Assembly: GCF_002854065.1 (NCBI RefSeq)
Contig: NZ_CP024147.1
DNA from: Escherichia coli
GTDB taxonomy: Bacteria > Pseudomonadota > Gammaproteobacteria > Enterobacterales > Enterobacteriaceae
Direction: 5' to 3' (one strand)
DNA length: 64,000 nt
A program made the translations under genes and the position numbers. Of this stretch, positions 32,203 to 44,988 are shown one piece after another. A model generated the notes under the pieces. It ran no database searches, was not told the origin of the DNA, and saw only the letters and a list, made by a program, of their open reading frames with translations. Within the stretch, counting starts at the first letter, position 1. Every line of letters begins with the position of its first letter.

Positions 32203-32976
32203 ATGGCTCGTAAATGGTTGAACTTGTTTGCCGGGGCGGCACTCTCTTTCGCTGTTGCTGGCAATGCACTGGCAGATGAAGGGAAAATCACGGTGTTCGC
32301 CGCCGCATCACTGACTAACGCAATGCAGGACATTGCTACGCAGTATAAAAAAGAGAAAGGCGTGGATGTGGTTTCTTCTTTCGCTTCGTCATCTACTCTC
32401 GCCCGTCAGATTGAAGCGGGTGCGCCTGCGGATCTGTTTATTTCTGCCGATCAGAAATGGATGGATTATGCGGTTGATAAAAAAGCGATCGATACAGCTA
32501 CGCGTCAGACACTGCTCGGCAATAGCCTGGTCGTTGTAGCACCGAAAGCCAGCGAGCAGAAAGATTTCATCATCGACAGCAAAACTAACTGGACTTCGCT
32601 GCTGAATGGCGGTCGCCTCGCGGTTGGCGATCCGGAACATGTCCCTGCTGGCATTTATGCAAAAGAAGCACTGCAAAAACTGGGCGCATGGGATACGCTC
32701 TCCCCGAAACTGGCTCCGGCGGAAGATGTTCGTGGCGCGCTGGCGTTGGTCGAACGCAATGAAGCGCCGTTGGGCATTGTTTACGGTTCTGACGCAGTTG
32801 CCAGCAAAGGGGTAAAAGTGGTTGCCACCTTCCCGGAAGATTCACATAAAAAAGTGGAATATCCGGTTGCTGTTGTGGAAGGGCATAACAATGCGACAGT
32901 GAAAGCATTTTATGATTATCTGAAGGGACCGCAGGCAGCGGAAATCTTTAAACGTTACGGATTTACAACCAAGTAA
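32203..32976 (+). CDS. modA: molybdate ABC transporter periplasmic binding protein
   Basis: 257 aa with signal peptide. Confidence 0.97.
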   Translation: MARKWLNLFAGAALSFAVAGNALADEGKITVFAAASLTNAMQDIATQYKKEKGVDVVSSFASSSTLARQIEAGAPADLFISADQKWMDYAVDKKAIDTATRQTLLGNSLVVVAPKASEQKDFIIDSKTNWTSLLNGGRLAVGDPEHVPAGIYAKEALQKLGAWDTLSPKLAPAEDVRGALALVERNEAPLGIVYGSDAVASKGVKVVATFPEDSHKKVEYPVAVVEGHNNATVKAFYDYLKGPQAAEIFKRYGFTTK

Positions 32977-33665
32977 TGATACTGACCGATCCAGAATGGC
33001 AGGCAGTTTTATTAAGCCTGAAAGTTTCTTCCCTGGCTGTGCTGTTTAGCCTGCCGTTTGGGATCTTTTTTGCCTGGTTACTGGTGCGTTGCACGTTTCC
33101 GGGCAAATCTCTGCTCGACAGCGTACTGCATCTACCGCTGGTGTTACCGCCCGTGGTCGTCGGTTACTTATTATTAGTTTCGATGGGGCGGCGCGGATTT
33201 ATCGGTGAACGTCTGTATGACTGGTTTGGTATAACCTTCGCCTTTAGCTGGCGCGGCGCGGTTCTCGCTGCCGCCGTCATGTCGTTTCCGCTGATGGTGC
33301 GGGCAATTCGTCTGGCGCTGGAAGGGGTTGATGTCAAACTGGAACAGGCCGCAAGAACACTGGGGGCCGGGCGCTGGCGCGTTTTCTTTACTATCACGTT
33401 ACCGCTGACCTTACCGGGAATTATTGTTGGTACGGTACTGGCTTTTGCTCGTTCTCTCGGTGAATTTGGCGCAACCATCACCTTTGTGTCGAACATTCCT
33501 GGTGAAACGCGAACCATTCCTTCTGCCATGTATACCCTGATTCAGACCCCCGGCGGGGAAAGTGGCGCAGCGAGACTGTGCATTATTTCTATTGCGCTGG
33601 CGATGATCTCCCTGTTGATTTCAGAATGGCTGGCCAGAATCAGCCGTGAACGGGCGGGGCGCTAA
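32976..33665 (+). CDS. modB: molybdate ABC transporter permease
   Basis: 229-aa membrane protein; start overlaps modA stop. Confidence 0.97.
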   Translation: MILTDPEWQAVLLSLKVSSLAVLFSLPFGIFFAWLLVRCTFPGKSLLDSVLHLPLVLPPVVVGYLLLVSMGRRGFIGERLYDWFGITFAFSWRGAVLAAAVMSFPLMVRAIRLALEGVDVKLEQAARTLGAGRWRVFFTITLPLTLPGIIVGTVLAFARSLGEFGATITFVSNIPGETRTIPSAMYTLIQTPGGESGAARLCIISIALAMISLLISEWLARISRERAGR

Positions 33666-33667
33666 TC

Positions 33668-34726
33668 ATGCTGGAACTGAATTTTTCCCAGACGTTGGGC
33701 AACCATTGCCTGACTATTAATGAAACGCTGCCCGCCAATGGCATCACTGCTATCTTTGGCGTCTCCGGTGCCGGAAAAACTTCGCTGATTAACGCCATCA
33801 GTGGACTGACGCGCCCGCAAAAAGGGAGGATTGTCCTCAATGGTCGGGTACTAAATGATGCCGAAAAAGGTATCTGCCTGACGCCAGAAAAGCGTCGCGT
33901 TGGCTATGTTTTTCAGGATGCGCGGCTGTTTCCGCATTACAAAGTGCGTGGCAATCTGCGCTACGGCATGGCGAAAAGCATGGTCGATCAGTTCGATAAG
34001 CTGGTGGCGCTTTTAGGCATTGAACCGTTGCTTGACCGTTTACCAGGCAGCCTGTCCGGAGGCGAAAAACAGCGCGTAGCGATTGGGCGGGCTTTGCTGA
34101 CGGCACCAGAATTGCTGTTGCTGGATGAACCGCTGGCGTCACTGGATATTCCGCGTAAACGCGAACTGTTGCCTTATCTGCAACGTCTGACGCGGGAAAT
34201 CAACATCCCGATGTTGTATGTCAGCCATTCGCTGGATGAGATCCTCCATCTGGCAGACAGAGTGATGGTACTGGAAAACGGTCAGGTGAAAGCCTTTGGC
34301 GCGCTGGAAGAAGTCTGGGGTAGTAGCGTGATGAATCCGTGGCTGCCGAAAGAGCAACAAAGTAGCATTCTGAAAGTGACGGTACTTGAGCATCATCCGC
34401 ATTACGCGATGACTGCGCTGGCGCTGGGCGATCAGCATTTGTGGGTCAATAAGCTGGACGAACCGCTGCAAGCTGCGCTACGTATCCGCATTCAGGCTTC
34501 CGATGTTTCTCTGGTTTTACAACCGCCGCAGCAAACCAGCATTCGTAACGTATTGCGGGCAAAAGTTGTTAATAGTTATGACGACAACGGCCAGGTAGAA
34601 GTGGAGCTGGAAGTCGGCGGTAAAACGCTGTGGGCGCGTATCAGCCCGTGGGCCAGGGATGAACTGGCGATCAAACCTGGCCTGTGGCTGTACGCGCAAA
34701 TTAAAAGTGTGTCGATAACCGCCTGA
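33668..34726 (+). CDS. modC: molybdate ABC transporter ATPase
   Basis: 352 aa, Walker [10 protein letters not shown], signature LSGGEKQR. Confidence 0.97.
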   Translation: MLELNFSQTLGNHCLTINETLPANGITAIFGVSGAGKTSLINAISGLTRPQKGRIVLNGRVLNDAEKGICLTPEKRRVGYVFQDARLFPHYKVRGNLRYGMAKSMVDQFDKLVALLGIEPLLDRLPGSLSGGEKQRVAIGRALLTAPELLLLDEPLASLDIPRKRELLPYLQRLTREINIPMLYVSHSLDEILHLADRVMVLENGQVKAFGALEEVWGSSVMNPWLPKEQQSSILKVTVLEHHPHYAMTALALGDQHLWVNKLDEPLQAALRIRIQASDVSLVLQPPQQTSIRNVLRAKVVNSYDDNGQVEVELEVGGKTLWARISPWARDELAIKPGLWLYAQIKSVSITA

Positions 34727-35545
34727 TTAAATCAGGTGGCTATAAATGAACTGGGCAATGCTGTCGGTGGTGTTATCACCAATCACAATGTTGGCGCGCG
34801 CTTTTACCGCGTCATCGGCGTTGCCCATCGCCACGCCTGTACCAGCGGCCTCCAGCATACTGATATCATTAAAGTTATCGCCGAACGCCACGACGTTCTC
34901 CATCGACCAGCCTTGCGCCTCAACCCATTTCGTCAAACGTTTACCTTTGCTGTTGCCGCCGCGTGCAATATCAACCTGATCGTGCCAGGACCATTCACAC
35001 TCCAGTCCCAGTTCATGTTCGACATGCTTACCAAAATGCTGCAATTGCGGCAGGTCATCGTGCGTCAGGGCGAACTTCCATACGGCGTTAACTTGTTGCG
35101 CCGTTTCAGCCAGAGAAGCGACTTGTGTGAAAGTCGGACGCTGTTCCGGCGGCAGGGTTTGCGCCCAGTTAGACGTGCGAATGACATGCCCGGTCGGGTG
35201 CTCATAGACCATTGCATCATCCACATACATCAGACCGTGAATGTGGTGTTCATTCAGCATCTCAATGAGTTGCAGGGCTTTATTAACGGGCATTGGGTCC
35301 GCTTCCAGCACGGTTTTTGCATGATAATCATACAAATAGGTGCCATTACAGCAAATAGCAGGTGTATCCAGCGCCAGCGCCTGATAAAAAGGATGAATAG
35401 CGACGTGATGGCGACCTGTGACGATGATTAATTGATAGCCTGCTTCGCGAGCGCGGGCCAGGGCTTCTATCGATGAAGGAAGCAGGGTCTTTTTCGGGGT
35501 CAATAAGGTGCCGTCTAAGTCGAGAGCAATCACGCGTGTGGTCAT
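34727..35545 (-). CDS. ybhA: HAD-family sugar/pyridoxal phosphatase YbhA
   Basis: 272 aa from MTTRVIALDLDGTLL... (HAD DxD motif); track ORF trimmed by 34 codons. Confidence 0.93.
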   Translation of the reverse strand: MTTRVIALDLDGTLLTPKKTLLPSSIEALARAREAGYQLIIVTGRHHVAIHPFYQALALDTPAICCNGTYLYDYHAKTVLEADPMPVNKALQLIEMLNEHHIHGLMYVDDAMVYEHPTGHVIRTSNWAQTLPPEQRPTFTQVASLAETAQQVNAVWKFALTHDDLPQLQHFGKHVEHELGLECEWSWHDQVDIARGGNSKGKRLTKWVEAQGWSMENVVAFGDNFNDISMLEAAGTGVAMGNADDAVKARANIVIGDNTTDSIAQFIYSHLI

Positions 35546-35663
35546 GGCGTATTCCAGATTAAGGTTAAGAATTTTCGTCTGCGCGAATGGTACACCGATA
35601 CCACTATCGGACAAAATTCTGCGTTTTAATTCAGCATTCACCGCCAAAAGCGACTAATTTTAG

Positions 35664-36695
<1,032 letters not shown>

Positions 36696-36735
36696 CCGCT
36701 GATTTACCCGGCGCAGTCTCTCCTGCGCCGGTGTA

Positions 36736-37689
36736 TTAACCTATCTCCTGTAACGCATGTCTCTGGCGTTCGACGATATTGGTCCACAAATTGTCTTTAT
36801 CGTCAGTCCACAAATTAATCAGCAAGGCAAAAAAGCGTTCAGCTGCCGGAGAAAGCACGGCATCTTTGCGGCGAATAATCCCCAATGTCCGACGTATAAC
36901 GGGTTCCACCAGTGGGATACCAATAATCGAAGAATAGGGCGCATGGGGCATTGCCAGACCAGGAAGCGCTGAAATCCCCAGTCCTGCCTCCACCAGTCCT
37001 AATGACGTCGAAAGATGACGCACTTCGTAAAACCAGTCCAGCTTCCAGGGCTTGTCGGCTAGCTGTTGTTCTATCAACAGTCGGTTGCCGCTGGAGGAGC
37101 GTACGCCAATCATTTTGTAACCCACTAACTCCTGCCATTCTACAAGCTGCTTTTTGGCCAATGGATGGTCACGCCGACAGGCCAGCACGAACGGCTCGTT
37201 GACCAGTGGGCTAAAATCAATGGATGAATTTGTGACGTTGTTCATGTTTATGCCAAAGTCTGATTCGTTACATAGCACCGATTCCATGCAATTATTCGTG
37301 CCTTGTTCCAGAATCCGCACTTTAATATTGGGATACAGCTCATTAAATTTACCGATTGCCAGCGGTAAAAAATAAAATACTGCGGTCGGAATACACGCTA
37401 ACGTCACCATACCACGATGATAAGCATTCATATCACGAATATTAAAAAGCGTTTCATCGAATTTCTTTATTAATTCCCGCGCCTCCGGGAGCAACCTTTT
37501 TCCTGCTTTTGTTAACGTAACCTTGCGAGTTGTACGCTCAAATAGTTGAATATGTAAATCTTCCTCCATCTTTTTTATTCTTCGCGTTAATGCAGGTTGC
37601 GTAATGTTGAGTAATTTAGCGGCATTGTTAAATGAACTGGACTCTGCCAGTATGACAAATGCCTTCATACTTGATAATTCATGCTTCAT
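36736..37689 (-). CDS. ybhD: LysR-family transcriptional regulator YbhD
   Basis: 317 aa from MKHELSSMKAFVILAESSSFNNAAKLLNITQPALTRRIKKMEEDL... (HTH); track ORF trimmed by 21 codons. Confidence 0.93.
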   Translation of the reverse strand: MKHELSSMKAFVILAESSSFNNAAKLLNITQPALTRRIKKMEEDLHIQLFERTTRKVTLTKAGKRLLPEARELIKKFDETLFNIRDMNAYHRGMVTLACIPTAVFYFLPLAIGKFNELYPNIKVRILEQGTNNCMESVLCNESDFGINMNNVTNSSIDFSPLVNEPFVLACRRDHPLAKKQLVEWQELVGYKMIGVRSSSGNRLLIEQQLADKPWKLDWFYEVRHLSTSLGLVEAGLGISALPGLAMPHAPYSSIIGIPLVEPVIRRTLGIIRRKDAVLSPAAERFFALLINLWTDDKDNLWTNIVERQRHALQEIG

Positions 37690-37872
37690 TATTACTCCGG
37701 AAAATGGAAGCGTTGATTTTGGGTGGCTGGCCGTTAAAAATTTTAACTGCATTTAGCCAACTTAAATTAATGAAAAAATGTTATTAATCGTTGAGCTAAA
37801 GTCATTAGAGATGCTTTGCCCTTAATGTAACCATATCGCAATAAGTTATATTTTTAAATTGAGGGCATTATT

Positions 37873-38925
37873 ATGAAAAAAATACCCTGCGTGATGATGC
37901 GAGGTGGAACCTCGAGGGGCGCGTTCCTGTTAGCGGAACATTTACCCGAAGATCAAACGCAGCGCGATAAAATATTGATGGCAATTATGGGTTCCGGTAA
38001 CGATCTGGAAATTGACGGTATTGGCGGCGGTAATCCGCTGACCAGTAAAGTCGCCATTATTAGCCGTTCCAGCGATCCGCGTGCTGATGTCGATTATCTG
38101 TTTGCTCAAGTTATCGTCCATGAGCAACGTGTCGATACCACGCCTAACTGCGGCAATATGCTGTCTGGCGTTGGGGCATTCGCCATTGAAAATGGTTTGA
38201 TTGCAGCGACTTCGCCAGTTACCCGCGTACGTATCCGCAACGTCAATACGGGTACGTTTATCGAAGCTGATGTGCAAACACCAAATGGTGTTGTCGAGTA
38301 CGAGGGTAGCGCCAGAATTGACGGCGTACCGGGTACTGCCGCACCGGTTGCGCTCACTTTCCTGAATGCCGCTGGAACGAAAACCGGAAAAGTTTTCCCG
38401 ACTGATAATCAGATTGATTATTTTGACGATGTCCCGGTGACCTGTATCGATATGGCGATGCCAGTCGTCATTATTCCGGCTGAATATCTGGGAAAAACAG
38501 GCTATGAATTACCGGCGGAACTGGATGCCGACAAAGCATTATTAGCCCGCATTGAATCTATCCGTCTACAAGCGGGTAAAGCAATGGGCTTAGGTGATGT
38601 CAGTAATATGGTTATCCCTAAACCTGTGCTTATTTCTCCAGCGCAGAAAGGCGGGGCAATTAATGTGCGTTATTTTATGCCGCATTCTTGCCATCGCGCG
38701 TTGGCGATAACCGGTGCTATTGCTATTTCCAGTAGTTGTGCATTGGAAGGCACCGTCACCCGACAAATCATCCCTTCTGTAGGATATGGCAATATCAATA
38801 TTGAACCCCCCAGTGGTGCGCTCGACGTTCATTTAAGTAATGAAGGTCAGGATGCCACGACGTTACGCTCATCTGTTATTCGGACGACCAGAAAAATATT
38901 TTCCGGTGAAGTTTATCTTCCCTGA
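37873..38925 (+). CDS. ybhH: PrpF/AcnD-accessory family isomerase-like protein YbhH
   Basis: 350 aa, MKKIPCVMMRGGTSRGAFLL... Confidence 0.93.
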   Translation: MKKIPCVMMRGGTSRGAFLLAEHLPEDQTQRDKILMAIMGSGNDLEIDGIGGGNPLTSKVAIISRSSDPRADVDYLFAQVIVHEQRVDTTPNCGNMLSGVGAFAIENGLIAATSPVTRVRIRNVNTGTFIEADVQTPNGVVEYEGSARIDGVPGTAAPVALTFLNAAGTKTGKVFPTDNQIDYFDDVPVTCIDMAMPVVIIPAEYLGKTGYELPAELDADKALLARIESIRLQAGKAMGLGDVSNMVIPKPVLISPAQKGGAINVRYFMPHSCHRALAITGAIAISSSCALEGTVTRQIIPSVGYGNINIEPPSGALDVHLSNEGQDATTLRSSVIRTTRKIFSGEVYLP

Positions 38926-39000
38926 AAAGATTCGTTGTCAGGATAAGGACAATCAATAAAGGACTTCTGTATGAGTCATACAGAAAGAACAGGATTTTAA

Positions 39001-40434
39001 ATGAATAAGAAATCGTTATGGAAGCTAATTCTGATATTAGCGATCCCATGTATTATTGGCTTTATGCCAGCTCCGGCAGGATTAAGCGAACTGGCGTGGG
39101 TGCTTTTTGGTATTTACCTGGCGGCCATTGTGGGGCTGGTTATCAAGCCTTTCCCGGAACCTGTCGTACTGTTAATTGCCGTTGCTGCCTCCATGGTGGT
39201 GGTCGGTAACTTATCCGACGGTGCGTTTAAAACCACCGCCGTATTAAGCGGTTACTCTTCAGGTACTACCTGGCTGGTGTTCTCGGCGTTTACCTTAAGC
39301 GCCGCATTTGTGACCACCGGTTTAGGTAAACGTATTGCCTATCTGCTGATTGGTAAAATCGGTAACACCACGCTGGGTCTGGGTTACGTTACGGTATTCC
39401 TCGATCTGGTACTGGCTCCGGCAACACCGTCTAACACCGCGCGTGCGGGCGGCATTGTGTTACCGATCATCAACAGCGTGGCGGTAGCTTTGGGGTCCGA
39501 ACCGGAAAAAAGTCCGCGTCGTGTCGGACATTACCTGATGATGTCCATTTACATGGTCACCAAAACCACCAGCTATATGTTCTTTACCGCAATGGCGGGG
39601 AACATTCTGGCGCTGAAAATGATCAACGACATTCTGCACCTGCAAATTAGCTGGGGTGGATGGGCGCTGGCCGCCGGATTGCCGGGCATCATTATGCTGC
39701 TGGTCACCCCGCTGGTGATTTACACCATGTATCCACCAGAAATTAAGAAGGTGGATAACAAAACCATCGCTAAAGCGGGCCTTGCCGAACTGGGACCGAT
39801 GAAAATCCGCGAAAAAATGCTGCTCGGTGTCTTTGTGCTGGCGCTGCTGGGCTGGATTTTCAGTAAGTCTCTGGGGGTTGATGAATCCACCGTGGCAATC
39901 GTTGTTATGGCGACCATGCTGCTGCTGGGTATCGTTACCTGGGAAGACGTGGTTAAAAATAAAGGCGGCTGGAATACCTTAATCTGGTACGGCGGTATTA
40001 TCGGCTTAAGCTCCTTATTATCGAAAGTTAAATTTTTCGAATGGTTAGCTGAAGTCTTTAAAAATAACCTGGCATTTGATGGTCACGGTAACGTTGCTTT
40101 CTTCGTTATTATTTTCCTCAGCATCATCGTGCGTTATTTCTTCGCTTCCGGTAGTGCCTATATCGTTGCTATGTTACCTGTATTTGCCATGCTGGCGAAC
40201 GTCTCCGGCGCACCGTTAATGTTAACCGCGCTGGCACTGTTGTTCTCCAACTCCTATGGCGGCATGGTTACTCACTATGGCGGCGCGGCAGGTCCGGTCA
40301 TCTTTGGCGTGGGTTACAACGATATTAAATCCTGGTGGTTGGTCGGTGCGGTACTGACGATATTAACCTTCCTGGTGCATATCACCCTCGGCGTATGGTG
40401 GTGGAATATGCTGATCGGCTGGAACATGCTGTAA
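39001..40434 (+). CDS. ybhI: DASS-family anion transporter YbhI
   Basis: 477-aa polytopic membrane protein. Confidence 0.93.
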   Translation: MNKKSLWKLILILAIPCIIGFMPAPAGLSELAWVLFGIYLAAIVGLVIKPFPEPVVLLIAVAASMVVVGNLSDGAFKTTAVLSGYSSGTTWLVFSAFTLSAAFVTTGLGKRIAYLLIGKIGNTTLGLGYVTVFLDLVLAPATPSNTARAGGIVLPIINSVAVALGSEPEKSPRRVGHYLMMSIYMVTKTTSYMFFTAMAGNILALKMINDILHLQISWGGWALAAGLPGIIMLLVTPLVIYTMYPPEIKKVDNKTIAKAGLAELGPMKIREKMLLGVFVLALLGWIFSKSLGVDESTVAIVVMATMLLLGIVTWEDVVKNKGGWNTLIWYGGIIGLSSLLSKVKFFEWLAEVFKNNLAFDGHGNVAFFVIIFLSIIVRYFFASGSAYIVAMLPVFAMLANVSGAPLMLTALALLFSNSYGGMVTHYGGAAGPVIFGVGYNDIKSWWLVGAVLTILTFLVHITLGVWWWNMLIGWNML

Positions 40435-40616
40435 ATATACTCGTCATACTTCAAGTTGCATGTGCTGCGTCTGCGTTCGCTCACCCCAGTCACTTACTTA
40501 TGTAAGCTCCTGGGGATTCACTCGCTTGTCGCCTTCCTGCAACTCGAATTATTTAGAGTATATCCATTTATTATCTTTCTGCGCACTTCACGGTGCGCAG
40601 ATATCTGGAGCATTTA

Positions 40617-42878
40617 ATGATCAAGTTATCTGAAAAAGGCGTGTTTCTCGCCAGTAATAACGAAATAATTGCCGAAGAACATTTCACCGGCGAAATTAAA
40701 AAAGAAGAAGCCAAAAAAGGCACTATTGCCTGGTCTATTCTCTCTTCTCATAATACGTCCGGAAATATGGATAAACTTAAAATTAAGTTTGATTCATTAG
40801 CCTCTCACGATATTACCTTTGTTGGTATTGTACAGACCGCTAAAGCGTCCGGTATGGAACGTTTCCCGCTGCCGTATGTGCTGACCAACTGCCATAACTC
40901 ACTTTGCGCCATCGGCGGCACCATTAACGGTGATGACCATGTTTTTGGTTTATCGGCGGCTCAGCGTTATGGCGGTATTTTTGTGCCTCCGCATATTGCG
41001 GTCATCCATCAATATATGCGTGAGATGATGGCAGGTGGCGGCAAAATGATCCTCGGGTCAGACAGTCACACCCGTTACGGTGCATTAGGGACAATGGCAG
41101 TCGGTGAGGGCGGCGGCGAGTTGGTAAAACAATTGCTTAATGACACCTGGGATATCGACTATCCGGGAGTTGTTGCGGTGCATCTGACCGGAAAACCAGC
41201 GCCGTATGTGGGGCCGCAGGATGTGGCGCTGGCTATCATCGGTGCCGTGTTCAAAAACGGCTACGTCAAAAACAAAGTGATGGAATTCGTAGGTCCCGGT
41301 GTTGCTGCGCTCTCTACCGATTTCCGTAACAGCGTTGACGTTATGACCACTGAAACGACCTGTTTAAGTTCTGTCTGGCAAACCGATGAAGAAGTCCATA
41401 ACTGGCTGGCGCTGCACGGTCGCGGCCAGGATTACTGCCAGCTTAACCCTCAACCGATGGCGTACTACGATGGCTGCATCAGCGTTGATTTAAGCGCCAT
41501 CAAACCAATGATTGCGCTGCCGTTCCACCCGAGCAACGTGTATGAAATCGACACACTGAACCAGAACCTGACCGACATTCTGCGTGAGATTGAAATTGAG
41601 TCCGAACGCGTGGCGCACGGTAAAGCCAAACTCTCGCTGCTGGACAAAGTGGAAAATGGTCGCCTGAAAGTGCAGCAGGGGATTATCGCGGGCTGTTCTG
41701 GCGGTAACTACGAAAACGTCATCGCGGCGGCGAATGCACTGCGCGGTCAATCCTGTGGCAATGACACCTTCTCGCTGGCGGTTTACCCGTCATCACAGCC
41801 GGTGTTTATGGATTTAGCCAAAAAAGGTGTGGTAGCAGATTTGATTGGCGCAGGCGCAATTATCAGAACCGCGTTCTGCGGCCCATGCTTTGGCGCGGGC
41901 GATACGCCAATCAACAACGGTTTGAGTATTCGCCACACCACGCGTAACTTCCCGAACCGCGAAGGCTCTAAGCCAGCTAATGGGCAGATGTCAGCGGTGG
42001 CGTTGATGGACGCTCGTTCTATCGCTGCGACTGCGGCAAACGGTGGCTATTTAACCTCTGCCAGCGAACTCGATTGCTGGGACAACGTGTCGGAGTACGC
42101 CTTCGATGTAACGCCGTATAAAAATCGCGTCTATCAAGGCTTTGTGAAAGGGGCGACCCAGCAACCGCTGATTTACGGACCGAACATTAAAGACTGGCCG
42201 GAATTGGGTGCGCTGACTGACAATATCGTCCTCAAAGTGTGCTCGAAGATCCTCGACGAAGTGACCACCACCGACGAATTGATTCCTTCCGGTGAAACCT
42301 CTTCTTATCGTTCAAATCCGATTGGTCTGGCGGAGTTTACCCTGTCACGCCGCGATCCAGGTTATGTTGGCAGAAGTAAAGCGACTGCTGAGCTGGAAAA
42401 TCAGCGTCTGGCGGGGAATGTCAGCGAGCTGACAGAGGTGTTTGCGCGCATTAAGCAGATTGCTGGTCAGGAGCATATTGATCCGCTGCAAACTGAAATT
42501 GGCAGCATGGTCTATGCGGTGAAACCAGGCGATGGTTCTGCGCGTGAACAGGCGGCGAGCTGCCAGCGTGTGATTGGCGGTCTGGCGAATATTGCCGAGG
42601 AGTACGCGACTAAACGCTACCGTTCTAACGTCATCAACTGGGGGATGTTACCTTTGCAGATGGCGGAAGTGCCAACCTTTGAAGTGGGGGATTACATTTA
42701 CATCCCTGGCATTAAAGCGGCGCTGGATAATCCGGGTACGACGTTTAAAGGTTATGTGATCCATGAAGATGCGCCGGTAACGGAAATTACGCTCTATATG
42801 GAAAGTCTGACTGCTGAAGAGCGCGAGATTATCAAGGCGGGTAGTTTGATTAACTTCAATAAAAACCGTCAGATGTAA
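40617..42878 (+). CDS. ybhJ: aconitase-family protein YbhJ
   Basis: 753 aa from [18 protein letters not shown]... (GGAG RBS 7 nt upstream); track ORF trimmed by 8 codons. Confidence 0.93.
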   Translation: MIKLSEKGVFLASNNEIIAEEHFTGEIKKEEAKKGTIAWSILSSHNTSGNMDKLKIKFDSLASHDITFVGIVQTAKASGMERFPLPYVLTNCHNSLCAIGGTINGDDHVFGLSAAQRYGGIFVPPHIAVIHQYMREMMAGGGKMILGSDSHTRYGALGTMAVGEGGGELVKQLLNDTWDIDYPGVVAVHLTGKPAPYVGPQDVALAIIGAVFKNGYVKNKVMEFVGPGVAALSTDFRNSVDVMTTETTCLSSVWQTDEEVHNWLALHGRGQDYCQLNPQPMAYYDGCISVDLSAIKPMIALPFHPSNVYEIDTLNQNLTDILREIEIESERVAHGKAKLSLLDKVENGRLKVQQGIIAGCSGGNYENVIAAANALRGQSCGNDTFSLAVYPSSQPVFMDLAKKGVVADLIGAGAIIRTAFCGPCFGAGDTPINNGLSIRHTTRNFPNREGSKPANGQMSAVALMDARSIAATAANGGYLTSASELDCWDNVSEYAFDVTPYKNRVYQGFVKGATQQPLIYGPNIKDWPELGALTDNIVLKVCSKILDEVTTTDELIPSGETSSYRSNPIGLAEFTLSRRDPGYVGRSKATAELENQRLAGNVSELTEVFARIKQIAGQEHIDPLQTEIGSMVYAVKPGDGSAREQAASCQRVIGGLANIAEEYATKRYRSNVINWGMLPLQMAEVPTFEVGDYIYIPGIKAALDNPGTTFKGYVIHEDAPVTEITLYMESLTAEEREIIKAGSLINFNKNRQM

Positions 42879-42895
42879 AAAGCACCATGTGAATG

Positions 42896-43003
42896 TAGGT
42901 CGCATTCGGCACTTATTGTCGGATGCGATGCTGGCGCATCTTATCCGACCTACAAATCGCATCGAACCGTAGGCCGGATAAGGCGTTTACGCCGCATCCA
43001 GCA
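42896..43003. repeat. BIME-like cluster of REP elements
   Basis: gtaggtcgcattcggc...gtcggatgcgatgctggcgcatcttatccgacctac and gtaggccggataaggcgtttacgccgcatccagc between convergent ybhJ and ybhC. Confidence 0.75.
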
Positions 43004-43018
43004 AATAGTTAATAGCTC

Positions 43019-44302
43019 TTACTTCTTCGCCTCTGCAACCACTTTGCTACCCACGCCGCGGTTATTGTATTCCCACATGCGGTTGTAGTTAGTGTCATTC
43101 AGATTGCGCTGTATTTCGTCGCTATCGTCAACGCTGCCGGTATTACCCGCAAACGGACGATTAGAGATCACCGCATCGCCCCACGGTTTAACCGTGTTAA
43201 AACCTTCGTTGATGGCGCTATCACGGATCACCACCTGACCGTTGGTATTGGCATCAACATCCAGCGAGCGGCCCAGTTGCGCCACGCCATCACCGGAAGC
43301 ATTGAAACGGCTGTTTACGGCGAGGAAACCGTAATAGATGTTGGACAGCGTAGCCGGTGCAAACACATACGCTTCTTGCTGAGTACGTGAGTTCACCACG
43401 CGGAATTCGGTGTTATCGAACACCACTGCACCGCGACCAGAAACGATATCCACATCCCCTTCAATATAGCTGTTGGTCACCAGCGTACGCGGCTGACGAT
43501 TCGTTTCCAGACGGTTCTGCACACCGCTGTTGGTGACAAAGAAGGTGTTCTGACGACCGAGAATGTTAACGTTGTTAATCTGTACCTGGTCACCGTCAGT
43601 ACGCAGTGCCACCGCCGGATGGTTACCCGCATCTACGCTATCACCCAGCGTGTTTTCGATGGTCAGGTTTTGCAGTTGCAGGCCATTATTTTGTGACCAG
43701 AAGACCGCAGAACACAGAACACCGATACTGTCGCTGCGTTTGCTCTGGCAGCTATCGTACATATACCACGCTGGTTTACCTGGCATATATTTGCCGCGCG
43801 GGTTGACGTCGTGACGCCAGTCGGCAGGGCTCATGCCCCCATCAAGGGAAAGCCCAATCTTCACATCAATCGGTTTTTCACCTGTACCGTACAGAGTAAT
43901 TCCACCTGGAGCAGCAGGGACATACACCGTTCCCTGATACTCACCAGGCATCACGGCAATATACTGGCGCTTGTTAGTGCGCTTGATAATTGCCGCATCT
44001 ACCGCCGCCTGAATCGTGGTATGCGTTACACCTTGAGTACCCGCCGGGCCGACAACAAAGTCAGGTTGCGCAGGCAGGGTTATCGGGGACGGATTCCACG
44101 CTGCAGCACCTGGTGTCAGGGATGCAAAATAGTGTTGAGCATCGAAATTCTGCGCTTCTTTTGCCGACAGAATCGGGCGAGAAGAGGTACCAGGCGCAGT
44201 TTGATCAGAAGGACGTTGATCGGGTGGTGTTGAGCTACAGGCGGTCAGCGTCACGCCAAAAGCCAATGCCAGCGCCAGACGGGAAACTGAAAATGTGTTC
44301 AC
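43019..44302 (-). CDS. ybhC: outer-membrane lipoprotein YbhC (pectinesterase-like acyl-CoA thioesterase)
   Basis: 427 aa, lipoprotein signal MNTFSVSRLALALAFGVTLTACSS. Confidence 0.93.
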   Translation of the reverse strand: MNTFSVSRLALALAFGVTLTACSSTPPDQRPSDQTAPGTSSRPILSAKEAQNFDAQHYFASLTPGAAAWNPSPITLPAQPDFVVGPAGTQGVTHTTIQAAVDAAIIKRTNKRQYIAVMPGEYQGTVYVPAAPGGITLYGTGEKPIDVKIGLSLDGGMSPADWRHDVNPRGKYMPGKPAWYMYDSCQSKRSDSIGVLCSAVFWSQNNGLQLQNLTIENTLGDSVDAGNHPAVALRTDGDQVQINNVNILGRQNTFFVTNSGVQNRLETNRQPRTLVTNSYIEGDVDIVSGRGAVVFDNTEFRVVNSRTQQEAYVFAPATLSNIYYGFLAVNSRFNASGDGVAQLGRSLDVDANTNGQVVIRDSAINEGFNTVKPWGDAVISNRPFAGNTGSVDDSDEIQRNLNDTNYNRMWEYNNRGVGSKVVAEAKK

Positions 44303-44348
44303 AGGTTGCTCCGGGCTATGAAATAGAAAAATGAATCCGTTGAAGCCT

Positions 44349-44363
44349 GCTTTTTTATACTAA
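44349..44363. other. phage lambda attachment site attB core, unoccupied
   Basis: cctgcttttttatactaacttgagcg contains the 15-bp core GCTTTTTTATACTAA with recalled flanks; ybhC and ybhB are 151 bp apart with nothing inserted. Confidence 0.85.
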
Positions 44364-44453
44364 CTTGAGCGAAACGGGAAGGTAAAAAGACAAAAAGTTG
44401 TTTTTAATACCTTTAAGTGATACCAGATAGCATTGCGCCATCTGGCAGAGTGA

Positions 44454-44930
44454 TTAACTAAACATCGCGGTAATCGATGCGCTTGCCAGAGAGTGGAAAT
44501 GAACGTTAAACCCGACCATCGCGCCGCTGGCTCCTTTATCGACATCAATACGCTCTACATCCAGCGCGTGAACGGTAAAAATGTAGCGATGGGTTTCGCC
44601 TTTCGGCGGCGCTGCGCCATCGTATCCGGTTTTACCAAAATCGGTACGCGTCTGCAAAACGCCGTCTGGCATTGCTACCAGACCAGAGCCAAACCCTTGC
44701 GGTAATACGCGGGTATCAGCGGGTAAATTAACAACTACCCAGTGCCACCAGCCGGAGCCGGTTGGCGCATCCGGGTCGTAGCAGGTGACAACAAAACTTT
44801 TCGTTCCCGCAGGAACATCATCCCACGCCAGATGCGGTGAAATATTATCGCCATCGTAACCCATGCCGTTAAAGACATGACGATGCGGCAACTTATCGCC
44901 ATCGCGCAGATCGTTACTGATGAGTTTCAT
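44454..44930 (-). CDS. ybhB: PEBP-family protein YbhB
   Basis: 158 aa, MKLISNDLRDGDKLPHRHVFNGMGYDGDNISPHLAWDDVPAGTKSFVVTCYDPDAPTGSGWWHW... Confidence 0.95.
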   Translation of the reverse strand: MKLISNDLRDGDKLPHRHVFNGMGYDGDNISPHLAWDDVPAGTKSFVVTCYDPDAPTGSGWWHWVVVNLPADTRVLPQGFGSGLVAMPDGVLQTRTDFGKTGYDGAAPPKGETHRYIFTVHALDVERIDVDKGASGAMVGFNVHFHSLASASITAMFS

Positions 44931-44988
44931 GAACCCTCCTTTCTAGTTTGCAGAAAGTGTAGCCAGAAACCCTCACGCTGACTTCCCG

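Noticed and set aside
44303-44453. Possible prophage or integrase at the lambda attachment hotspot
   Set aside because: Only 151 bp separate ybhC and ybhB and attB is intact; nothing is inserted.
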